Positions 37,454 through 44,637 of a stretch of DNA of 54,473 nt are shown piece by piece; position 1 is the stretch's first letter; each line of letters opens with the position of its first letter. The stretch comes from Elusimicrobiota bacterium (GTDB taxonomy: Bacteria; Elusimicrobiota; Elusimicrobia; UBA1565; UBA9628). The translations under genes were made by a program, and so were the position numbers. Below the pieces are notes generated by a model. It was not told the origin of the DNA. It saw only the letters and a list, made by a program, of their open reading frames with translations, and did no database searches. Location of the stretch: assembly GCA_038059415.1 (NCBI GenBank), contig JBBTJN010000007.1, positions 1 to 54,473 on the forward strand. The letters run 5' to 3'.

Positions 37454-37735
37454 CCTAAAACAACGCCGGAGATGTTTCCGGACGCAAGCATTAGGGGATC
37501 GACGTGGTGCACCGATCGCTTGCGAAGTGGCCCGGTGGAGGACCCATACCGCCAGATCACAACTCTCAGCGAGAGATCGTCGCTGCCAGGCCCCACGAGT
37601 GCCTGCGAGTCCGGGAGTATGGCCACTAACGAGCGGCAGGCGGCTCCCCGCGAAGAAACTCTCACGCATCGAAAGTACTCGACCCTGGTAGGTAGGGGTT
37701 AGTAGCTCGGTGCGCCCAACCGACAGATAGTAGTT

Positions 37736-39034
37736 ATGTTTACCTCGAGCCTCTTCGACACGACGCCGACGCGGGAAGCTCAGCTCGAGCAGATTCGGCA
37801 GATGTACCAGCTTCCTCCCGACCATGAGTTTATCCCTGTGGAGCTGCGCGTCGCCGAGATGCTCCGCGAAGCGGGAGCGCGGGGCCTTCGCGTCGACAGC
37901 GACATCCTTACCTCGGAAACCGCCAAGGTCGAAGCCGAACTCAGCGTCTTGCAGCGTGATATCGATCGGCTGGCGCGGCATTCTGTCAGGGTAGGCTCAT
38001 CGGCGGACCTCGCCCAGCTCCTATTCAACGAGCTTGGGTTTCCTTGCGCGAAGCAGACGCGCAAGGGCAAGCCTTCATTCGGCGTCGAGGCCCTCAAGAA
38101 GTACGCCCACCCCGTCGCCGCCCTGATTTCCAAATGGAAGTCCGCCCGCTCCACGTTGAGTTTCCTACAGGTGATGCGCTCATACCTCCTCGATGGGCGG
38201 ATTCGCACGGAGTTCCTTCCCTGGAACTGCCCGACCGGCCGCATCTACTGCCGCGACCTCAATCTCCAGCAGGTGCCAGCGCCTGGATGCCGCGCCATCG
38301 TCCCGGACCCGGGCATGGTCTTCGTCTACGGGGACTTCGACCAGGCCGAGCTCCGAATCATGATGGCGCTCGCCAGCGAAACCCGCTACTACGCGGCTCT
38401 CCAAAACGCGGATATCCATATCCTTACAGCCGCCGCCGTCTTCGCCGTCGCCGAGTCCGCCGTCACGGACGCGCAGCGCGATGTCGGCAAGATGGTAACC
38501 TACGCGGTCTCCTACGGCGTCTACCCAACCTCATTGGCCTTCCGGCTCGGCATCAGCCGGCTGCACGCCGAGGACTACATTGCCCGCTACTTCTCGGCGC
38601 ATCCTCGTCTTGCGACTTGGATGGAGGAGCGTCGTGCTTCCGCCCGTGCTTGTGGGCATACCTCCACGCTCTTCGGCCATCGCCGGGACCTGCGCTCGGT
38701 GCGCGACTTTGGCTCGCGGGACCGTATGGCCGTCAACACGGCGGTCCAAGGTGCCCAAGCCGGCTATTTAAAGCTCGCCATCAAGCGGGTCGGCGAGGAG
38801 TTCGCTCAGGCCATGCCCTCGGCCCAGTTCATGATGACGGTCCACGACTCCATCCTCCTGCAGGTCCCCGAGGCCCAAGCCGATGAGGCCGCAGACCTCC
38901 TCCGGCGCTGCATGCGCTTCGATCTGCCCAACCCCGCTCCCGATGGGCCGCTACAACTCCAGGCCACCGTATCCTCCGGGCGCTCCTGGGCCGCCGTCGC
39001 CCACGACGAGCCCATGCTCCCCGCCGCTGTCTGA
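37736..39034 (+). CDS. Family A DNA polymerase, polymerase domain only (432 aa, no exonuclease domains)
   Basis: Motif A DFDQAELRIMMA, motif B RDVGKMVTYAVSYGV and motif C TVHDSILL (HDS instead of the usual HDE). Confidence 0.8.
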   Translation: MFTSSLFDTTPTREAQLEQIRQMYQLPPDHEFIPVELRVAEMLREAGARGLRVDSDILTSETAKVEAELSVLQRDIDRLARHSVRVGSSADLAQLLFNELGFPCAKQTRKGKPSFGVEALKKYAHPVAALISKWKSARSTLSFLQVMRSYLLDGRIRTEFLPWNCPTGRIYCRDLNLQQVPAPGCRAIVPDPGMVFVYGDFDQAELRIMMALASETRYYAALQNADIHILTAAAVFAVAESAVTDAQRDVGKMVTYAVSYGVYPTSLAFRLGISRLHAEDYIARYFSAHPRLATWMEERRASARACGHTSTLFGHRRDLRSVRDFGSRDRMAVNTAVQGAQAGYLKLAIKRVGEEFAQAMPSAQFMMTVHDSILLQVPEAQADEAADLLRRCMRFDLPNPAPDGPLQLQATVSSGRSWAAVAHDEPMLPAAV

Positions 39035-39077
39035 GGCATACCTCTCGAGCGACTTACTGAATACAGCCGCACGCCTC

Positions 39078-39093
39078 CGTATACCAATTCATG
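39078..39093 (+). promoter_or_regulatory. CTCCGTATACC box 6 nt upstream of an ATG (39091); probable promoter of the Dam-like gene
   Basis: CGTATA at 39078-39083. The methyltransferase ATG at 39128 has its own GGAGGG RBS. Confidence 0.35.
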
Positions 39094-39127
39094 GAAGCAC
39101 GTCGTCAAAAGCTTCCTCGGAGGGTTT

Positions 39128-39700
39128 ATGGCTTGGGACATCGAACGATTTCGTGCTGCAACTGCGCCGTCCAGCACGTCGGAGTGGCTTACGCCGAAGC
39201 ACATCGTCGACGTTCTCGGCCCGTTCGACCTCGACCCCTGCTCGCCCGTCAACAGGCCTTGGCCCACGGCCTCACTGCACTACACCATCGAGGATGACGG
39301 CCTCTCCAAGTCCTGGCACGGCTTTACCTGGCTCAATCCGCCCTACGAGCGGGGTTCCCTGCCTCGCTGGATGGCCCGCTTCGCGGAGCACAATAACGGC
39401 ATCGCCCTGGTCAACGCCCGCACCGAGACCTCCTGGTTCGTGAAGTCAGTCTGGCCCAAGGCCCTCGCCCTCTTCTTCCCGGCCGGTCGCATTGTCTTCT
39501 GCCGCCCGGATGGCTCCAAGGCCCTCGCGGCTGGCTCGCCGTCCGTCTTCGTCGCCATGGGCTCACCCGCCCGTGACCGCCTCGCCCATGTCAAGTTGCC
39601 AGGCCAGTTCATCTCCGGGCCGTTCTCCCAGGAGCCCATCAAGCTCCCGACTCAGTCTGCCCCGGAAGTTATCAGCTCTCCGGCCAGTTTGACAGCATAG
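39128..39700 (+). CDS. Phage-type DNA N6-adenine methyltransferase (Dam-like, PF05869-like)
   Basis: SEWLTPKHIV..FDLDPC..WLNPPYERG. Confidence 0.75.
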   Translation: MAWDIERFRAATAPSSTSEWLTPKHIVDVLGPFDLDPCSPVNRPWPTASLHYTIEDDGLSKSWHGFTWLNPPYERGSLPRWMARFAEHNNGIALVNARTETSWFVKSVWPKALALFFPAGRIVFCRPDGSKALAAGSPSVFVAMGSPARDRLAHVKLPGQFISGPFSQEPIKLPTQSAPEVISSPASLTA

Positions 39701-39895
39701 GTCCTGGATTTACGCTGGCTCCCGCTTGGGGCCCGGCTCCGCTAGGGCGTCCTGCGGACCAGAAGAGAGATGTTCTCGAAGGCGAGCGGGTAGAAAGAAG
39801 GTCTCGGAAGCAGGATGGCCGGAATAGGGCAGTAGTCACCCATCCAGCCTTGCTAGGCCTACCCGCGACGGCCACACGAAGCCTCACGACGGGAT

Positions 39896-39934
39896 TTCGA
39901 CGCCCGCTTGAGAAATCCTAGAATGTGTCCGATG
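39896..39934 (+). promoter_or_regulatory. Sigma-70-like promoter TTCGAC-N17-TAGAAT, with the ATG 8 nt after the -10 box (leaderless)
   Basis: TTCGAC at 39896-39901, TAGAAT at 39919-39924 and ATG at 39932. Confidence 0.45.
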
Positions 39935-40279
39935 GCACGATGGATTAACCGCGCAGCACTCGTCGTCCGACCCCGCCAGCCGTACCTCGACTGGGCCGCA
40001 AGCGTGGATGCCGAGGCCCCGGAGCACGCCAAGGCGCTCGAGGGGCGGATGTCCATATATCTCGTGGGCGAGGACCCCGCTGAGCGCGCGGAGACCGCGC
40101 CGCTCGAGGGCTACTTCGAACGCATCTTCGAGATGGAGTTCGAGGCTTGGTGTCCGGATGAAGAAGCGTGGCCCGCGCGGCCCTGGTCCTTGGCCATGTT
40201 CCACGAATGGTTCGAGGCGGTGGGGGAATCCATCGTCACGGACCTGGAAGCAGGCCCCGTCCGGGCCGAGAAGCGATGA
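39932..40279 (+). CDS. Hypothetical acidic protein (115 aa); first gene of a coupled four-gene operon
   Basis: MARWINRAALVVRPRQPYLDWA... I recognise no domain. Confidence 0.55.
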   Translation: MARWINRAALVVRPRQPYLDWAASVDAEAPEHAKALEGRMSIYLVGEDPAERAETAPLEGYFERIFEMEFEAWCPDEEAWPARPWSLAMFHEWFEAVGESIVTDLEAGPVRAEKR

Positions 40280-40926
40280 CCTGGCAGGACGTCGCCCGCC
40301 AGATCAAGCGCCGGGAGCGGGACCACCAGAAGATCCTTATGGCCGTGCTCCGCGCTGATGGCGAGAGGATCTTTCCGATGGATCTGATTGCCATCGGGGT
40401 CATGAAGCGCTCCCGGATGCTGATTCAGGGATTCTTGGTCATGCTCCGCTCTGAGAACTACCTTTGCGCCGGACCTCTTTTGAGGATGCAACTGGATAAC
40501 ATCCTCCGGCTCTACGCGGCGAGCCTCTTTCCAAGCGGCAGTGATACGTTGAAGGCGTTCCTTCATGACATGCCGCTTTCAAAGTTGAAGTCTCCCGATG
40601 GGAAGCCCTTGACCGACAAGGAGCTCACAATTCGCGTCGGCAAGATATACCCTTGGCTGCCTCGGGTATACGAGACGACTTCCGGTTTCGTCCATTTCTC
40701 GCGATCGGCCATTATGAGCACGGTCGAAAGTTTGTCGGAAGAGGGTTCGCTCCGAGTGGTTGTGGGGCAGGGGGGCGGGCGCCGCTGGAAGCCTGAAGAG
40801 CGGCTCGCCGCCGCACAGGCATTCGATGAGGCGACCAAGGCGGTTCTTCAAATGGTCGCTTCTTGGGGTCACGTGAAGGCGGTGGAAGGCGCTAAACGGC
40901 CGCAAGAGGCCGCGGATGGCCGCTAA
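40276..40926 (+). CDS. Hypothetical helical protein, weakly AbiV/DUF5677-like
   Basis: ATGA overlap with the upstream gene. LLRMQLDNILRLYAASL-type helices. The family assignment is only an impression. Confidence 0.5.
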   Translation: MTWQDVARQIKRRERDHQKILMAVLRADGERIFPMDLIAIGVMKRSRMLIQGFLVMLRSENYLCAGPLLRMQLDNILRLYAASLFPSGSDTLKAFLHDMPLSKLKSPDGKPLTDKELTIRVGKIYPWLPRVYETTSGFVHFSRSAIMSTVESLSEEGSLRVVVGQGGGRRWKPEERLAAAQAFDEATKAVLQMVASWGHVKAVEGAKRPQEAADGR

Positions 40927-41773
40927 TCTGGTCGCGGAATTGGTGGCGCTCCACCAGTCGGTCAGGGCGGAAGAGCACCTATCGATGGTTCGTGAGCACA
41001 TCGTCCGCGACCCCGAGACAGGAAAAGCGCTTTGGGATTCATACATCCCTTTCGTCGGCCCGCACTATGAGCCGGGGGGAGTTCTGCTCGTCGGCACGGC
41101 GCAGAGTCTGGCGAAGACGGCCCGGAAGACTGACCCCAGCGATTGGCGCCTGGCGACGGGCACACCGGACCACCCGCTGTTTCGCCTATACCGCGTGGGG
41201 GACACCACTGTGCCGCGGCCTCTCGAGATTCGGGATGTCTCGTTCGAGAAGATCGCGATTCAGCCGTTCGAGGATGGCATCTTCGCGGGAATCGCGGGAA
41301 TTGCTCTCGCCGCGAAAGGCATGGGTGTTTATCGAGACCTTAATGATGTGACGTGCCGGATCGCGGTCACGAATTTCTTCAAACACTCACTTCATACGGA
41401 ATCTGGAGGCGACCTACGCCCCTGGGATCTGCCACGCGCAACCGCGCAGGTGTACGCCCGAGTGGTCTCGGAGCAATATATCCGCCGGGAGTTGGAAATC
41501 CTAAAGCCTGCCGTAGTCGTCGCTTTCAATAACGAGACCGCCCAAGAGATGCGCAGGTTGGGGCATCCCGCTGTTTATGGGATTAAGGACCCCGCGTGGC
41601 TTAAACGCGGTGGGAGCTTTCCGGGTAAGCCGGTGAGCTTGGACGAAGAAGCTCGTGAGTTGCACGCGATATATGTGTCCCAGATGCGCTCCATGTACAG
41701 TCAGCAGATGGCCGGCCGTGTGACCGGTTACTTGGCGTACTACCATGCGGAGCTGCTGAGGCCGCCGGCATGA
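40916..41773 (+). CDS. Hypothetical protein, possibly uracil-DNA-glycosylase-superfamily fold
   Basis: Blocks GVLLVGTAQS, AVTNFFKHSL and LKPAVVVAFNNETA are arranged like UDG family motifs but are diverged. 11-nt overlap with the upstream gene. Confidence 0.4.
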   Translation: MAANLVAELVALHQSVRAEEHLSMVREHIVRDPETGKALWDSYIPFVGPHYEPGGVLLVGTAQSLAKTARKTDPSDWRLATGTPDHPLFRLYRVGDTTVPRPLEIRDVSFEKIAIQPFEDGIFAGIAGIALAAKGMGVYRDLNDVTCRIAVTNFFKHSLHTESGGDLRPWDLPRATAQVYARVVSEQYIRRELEILKPAVVVAFNNETAQEMRRLGHPAVYGIKDPAWLKRGGSFPGKPVSLDEEARELHAIYVSQMRSMYSQQMAGRVTGYLAYYHAELLRPPA

Positions 41774-41786
41774 TCAAAGGCGACTG

Positions 41787-42434
41787 ATGCGCATATCGCT
41801 GATCGGAACAACCCACGCCGAGAGGGGCTTGGCGAACACGGGAGAGCTCCTGGCGATCCTGGAGCGCTGCAAGCCGGAGGTCATCTTCGCGGAGATTCCT
41901 GCCACCCATGCGGAGCGTTACGCAAACGCCTCTCATGCTACTCTCGAGTCCATCGCCGTTGCGCGATATCTTGCGAGCAATCAAGCGGAGGTTGTTCCCG
42001 TCGATCTCGCCGAGCCCGAGGAGAAGTTCTTCGACGATTCGAAAGAGATGTTCACGGCCGTCGAGCGGAGGAGTCCCAAGTACCGCAGCCTTGTAGATCG
42101 CAACACCGATGAGGTCCGGGCCGGGGGATTTCGTTATCTCAACAGCGACCAGTGCATGCAGGCGTGGGAAGACATCTATCGCGAGGTGCTGGAGACGATC
42201 GAATGGATCGGCGACCGGCGGCTGCGTGAGATTTACGACCTTTGGAGCCATGTCAATGAGAGCCGTGACCGAGAGATGATGCGGAATATTGCGCTCTACT
42301 CAGATCGCAACGCTGGGGCACGTGGAGTATTCCTTGTTGGTGCTGCACACCGGAAGTCCATCATCGACAAGGCTTCCGCGGGAAGCGAAACCGGATTGCC
42401 TCCAATCGAGTGGGACCTTGGCGGCTTTCTTTGA
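41787..42434 (+). CDS. TraB/GumN/PrgY-like family protein
   Basis: N-terminal ISLIGTTHAE..PEVIFAEIP and C-terminal SRDREMMRNI..VFLVGAAHRKSI resemble the TraB family signature. Confidence 0.45.
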   Translation: MRISLIGTTHAERGLANTGELLAILERCKPEVIFAEIPATHAERYANASHATLESIAVARYLASNQAEVVPVDLAEPEEKFFDDSKEMFTAVERRSPKYRSLVDRNTDEVRAGGFRYLNSDQCMQAWEDIYREVLETIEWIGDRRLREIYDLWSHVNESRDREMMRNIALYSDRNAGARGVFLVGAAHRKSIIDKASAGSETGLPPIEWDLGGFL

Positions 42435-42595
42435 TAGGCAATAGGCCGACCACATCATGACGGAGAAGTGCTAACCAAGGGGTACCGTCAAAAAGGTATA
42501 GCTACAGCGAATCCTGCGTGGGCTCAATCGTGCTTCGTTCCCGCCCCGTAAAGTATTTCCAGTCCCGATGGTGCCGGGAAAGTTTAATGGATTAG

Positions 42596-42692
42596 CTCTG
42601 GATGGCTTTAGATTGACCTAGGAGCTCTTGTCCATAGTCCCTTGAAGTTTTGGTCGGCCGGATACGCTATAGGTCAATCTCGCTAGGAATAG
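42596..42692 (+). repeat. Island repeat copy 4
   Basis: CTCTGGATGGCTTTAGATTGACCTAGGAGCTCTTGTCCATAGTCCCTTGAAGTTTTGGTCGGCCGGATACGCTATAGGTCAATCTCGCTAGGAATAG. Confidence 0.9.
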
Positions 42693-42879
42693 GCCTCCCG
42701 TTCGTTGAAACAGGCCGCAGCTCCAAATCAGCCGCCGGCGATGCTCCCAATCCCATCGTAGGCGCTAAAGGGTGTGATCGTCCCCGGTTTCGATGCTATT
42801 GGCGGGCACCTCGTGCGAGCAACTCGGCGCTCGCTCCGTGACGATGGGGGCACCGACGAAAAGGTATATAGGCAGTGGG

Positions 42880-42960
42880 GAGGTAGGTCTTATTTAACGT
42901 ATTGGTTTATACAGATACCCACTTCAATGAGGTAGTTAGTAGTGTTAATAGATTAGGTTT
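42880..42960. other. Locally AT-rich tract with short TTAGTAG/TTAATAG-type repeats; candidate replication origin or unwinding element
   Basis: GGTCTTATTTAACGTATTGGTTTATACAGATA..GTAGTTAGTAGTGTTAATAGATTAGGTTTA stands out in a GC-rich context. Confidence 0.3.
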
Positions 42961-42982
42961 ACGTCGGCTGGGATGTTAATCG

Positions 42983-43021
42983 TGCAGGACGCGATGGCCG
43001 TCTCCGTATATTGGGAGCATG
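42983..43021 (+). promoter_or_regulatory. TGCAGG-N16-CGTATA, with the ATG 7 nt after TATATT (leaderless DUF2958 gene)
   Basis: TGCAGG at 42983-42988, CGTATA at 43005-43010 and ATG at 43019. Confidence 0.4.
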
Positions 43022-43324
43022 AAGCTGCTGACCAATGAACTAGAGAAGCTCCTGCCGGGGATTAAGACAACCGAGGCCCAGCCCGATCCCGTCGTCTTCG
43101 TCAAGTTCTTCGACCCTTGCGGCTCCTGGACCTGGTACGCCACCGAGTACGACCCGGTTCGCCGTGAGTTCTTCGGCTTCGTTCGCGGCTTCGAAGACGA
43201 ACTGGGCTACTTTAGCCTAGATGAGCTTTCATCCGTCAAGAACAAGCTCGGCCTCGGCATCGAGCGCGACCTTTACTGGCAGCCCACCCCGCTGTCCAAG
43301 GTCAAGAGCGGCGAAGTCCGCTGA
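43019..43324 (+). CDS. DUF2958-family protein
   Basis: VFVKFFDPCGSWTWYATEYDP..FFGFVRGFEDELGYFSLDEL is the DUF2958 signature common on plasmids and ICEs. Confidence 0.75.
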   Translation: MKLLTNELEKLLPGIKTTEAQPDPVVFVKFFDPCGSWTWYATEYDPVRREFFGFVRGFEDELGYFSLDELSSVKNKLGLGIERDLYWQPTPLSKVKSGEVR

Positions 43325-43347
43325 GCAATATCCCCGCCGCAAGTCTC

Positions 43348-43394
43348 CGTATATCAAGAGAGTCAGCAGGCTTGGTCATAGGAGATTTTGCATG
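43348..43394 (+). promoter_or_regulatory. CTCCGTATATCA box 37 nt upstream of the ATG at 43392 (with an AGGAG RBS)
   Basis: CGTATA at 43348-43353. Confidence 0.3.
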
Positions 43395-43865
43395 GTCGAG
43401 AACACGACGAGAGTAGAGTCAGACGCATCCCATCTCTCCACGGGCGATGAAGGCCGCACGGAGTATTTCAAGATCCAGGACGGAGACAGGGTCCAGCGGA
43501 TGGCGAAGTTCAACATCGCCTATCCCAAGTGGATGATTCCCCGAGGCCGTCGCTCAAGCCAACTCCGCCAGCTCGGCTCCGAAACATACTGCGGATGGGT
43601 GATCGCCTATGCCGACATCATCGAAGGGCTCGTCTTGGATGTCGTCCTGCACGCGGCCTGGCAGTGGGATGAGCCAGTCCCCCAGGAGGAGAGCCCGAGG
43701 CGCGGGCTACCTGCCGACCGGACCCGCTGCGACCTTCTCGTGCACGACATCGCCAAGACCTTGATGGCCAAATGGGGGATGAAAGACTGCGAGGTCTTCG
43801 TCCGGATTACGCCCCTTGCGAACCAACGACATTATTGTGAGAGCTCCTCGAAGAACGCAGCGTAG
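43392..43865 (+). CDS. Hypothetical protein
   Basis: Internal ATG (MVENTTRVESD) preceded by AGGAG. Confidence 0.5.
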   Translation: MVENTTRVESDASHLSTGDEGRTEYFKIQDGDRVQRMAKFNIAYPKWMIPRGRRSSQLRQLGSETYCGWVIAYADIIEGLVLDVVLHAAWQWDEPVPQEESPRRGLPADRTRCDLLVHDIAKTLMAKWGMKDCEVFVRITPLANQRHYCESSSKNAA

Positions 43866-43879
43866 CAGGGAGGTCAGCG

Positions 43880-44209
43880 ATGAAGAGTAAGATGATGGCG
43901 AGGAAGCCGGGCCTGGCAGGTTGCTGGTCCCAACTGTCCGGCGTCGGCAGATGGCTCGTCCACAACACCGGCGTCGAGCTGTCCGTCATCGGCGGTCCCT
44001 ACCGGAACCAGAAGCAGTTCATGGCCGGACTCACGGCGTTCCTGCGGAGCGAGAACTTCAACGAGGATGATACCATCCACATCCTGACCTTCAACCCGAA
44101 GGGCCCGGAGTTCTCCGAGTTCAGTGGCTGGTTCATGGAGTCCGCCAAACAGCTCGCCGGCCAAGCCCGCCAGACGACTCGTACCAAGGTTGGCTATACC
44201 AGCGTATGA
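43880..44209 (+). CDS. Hypothetical protein
   Basis: ORF with GGGAGG upstream. I recognise no domain. Confidence 0.45.
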   Translation: MKSKMMARKPGLAGCWSQLSGVGRWLVHNTGVELSVIGGPYRNQKQFMAGLTAFLRSENFNEDDTIHILTFNPKGPEFSEFSGWFMESAKQLAGQARQTTRTKVGYTSV

Positions 44210-44262
44210 CCACCCGCCCATTCTCCACCGACCAGTGGCCGTGAAGACCGCCGAGTTGTTGG

Positions 44263-44574
44263 CTACTTCCCGACCTTGGACCAGGTCATGCACCCGGGAT
44301 GCGCAGTAAAGATGTCGGGGCTCTTCGTGTCGCGCCCAGCTTTACGCACCAAGTCCCGGTGTTCGTTGAGCTGCTTGGCCAGACGTGTGTGGAGCTTCCG
44401 GAAGGGCTGGATCTTACGCCGATACGCATGCAGCGCCTCGATGTACGCCTTCTGGTTCCTCTGGGCCAGCTTGAGGATGAACTGGTGGCTCGTGAACCTG
44501 TTGGGCATCAATGCGATGACCTGGGGGTAGTTCTCAAAGAGTTCGTCGAGGTCGGATTGTTTCACTGGTCTCAT
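44263..44574 (-). CDS. Hypothetical protein
   Basis: The only minus-strand ORF in this module with protein-like composition (MRPVKQSDLDELFENYPQVIALMPNRFTSHQFILKLAQRNQKAYIEAL). Confidence 0.45.
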   Translation of the reverse strand: MRPVKQSDLDELFENYPQVIALMPNRFTSHQFILKLAQRNQKAYIEALHAYRRKIQPFRKLHTRLAKQLNEHRDLVRKAGRDTKSPDIFTAHPGCMTWSKVGK

Positions 44575-44637
44575 TCTATAACATCAGATTCTCGTTGTGC
44601 TGTGGTCCCTCAGGTGCCGAAGAGCTAGAATCAGTCA

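Noticed and set aside
37367-37981. 204-aa minus-strand ORF, and the 80-aa Arg-rich + ORF at 37449-37691
   Set aside because: The first is antisense to the polymerase start. The second is highly basic and low-complexity. The tract is treated as non-coding, although the 80-aa ORF starts 5 nt after a CGTATA box and cannot be fully excluded.
39091-39297. 68-aa ORF starting MEARR
   Set aside because: It overlaps the Dam-like methyltransferase in another frame and is Arg-rich. It is more likely that the ATG region is just the transcript 5' end of the methyltransferase mRNA.
25735-42692. Possibility that the four repeats are a CRISPR array or integron attC sites
   Set aside because: The copies are 1.4-12 kb apart, about 97 nt long, lack internal dyad symmetry and have no cas or intI gene nearby. 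They fit neither feature.
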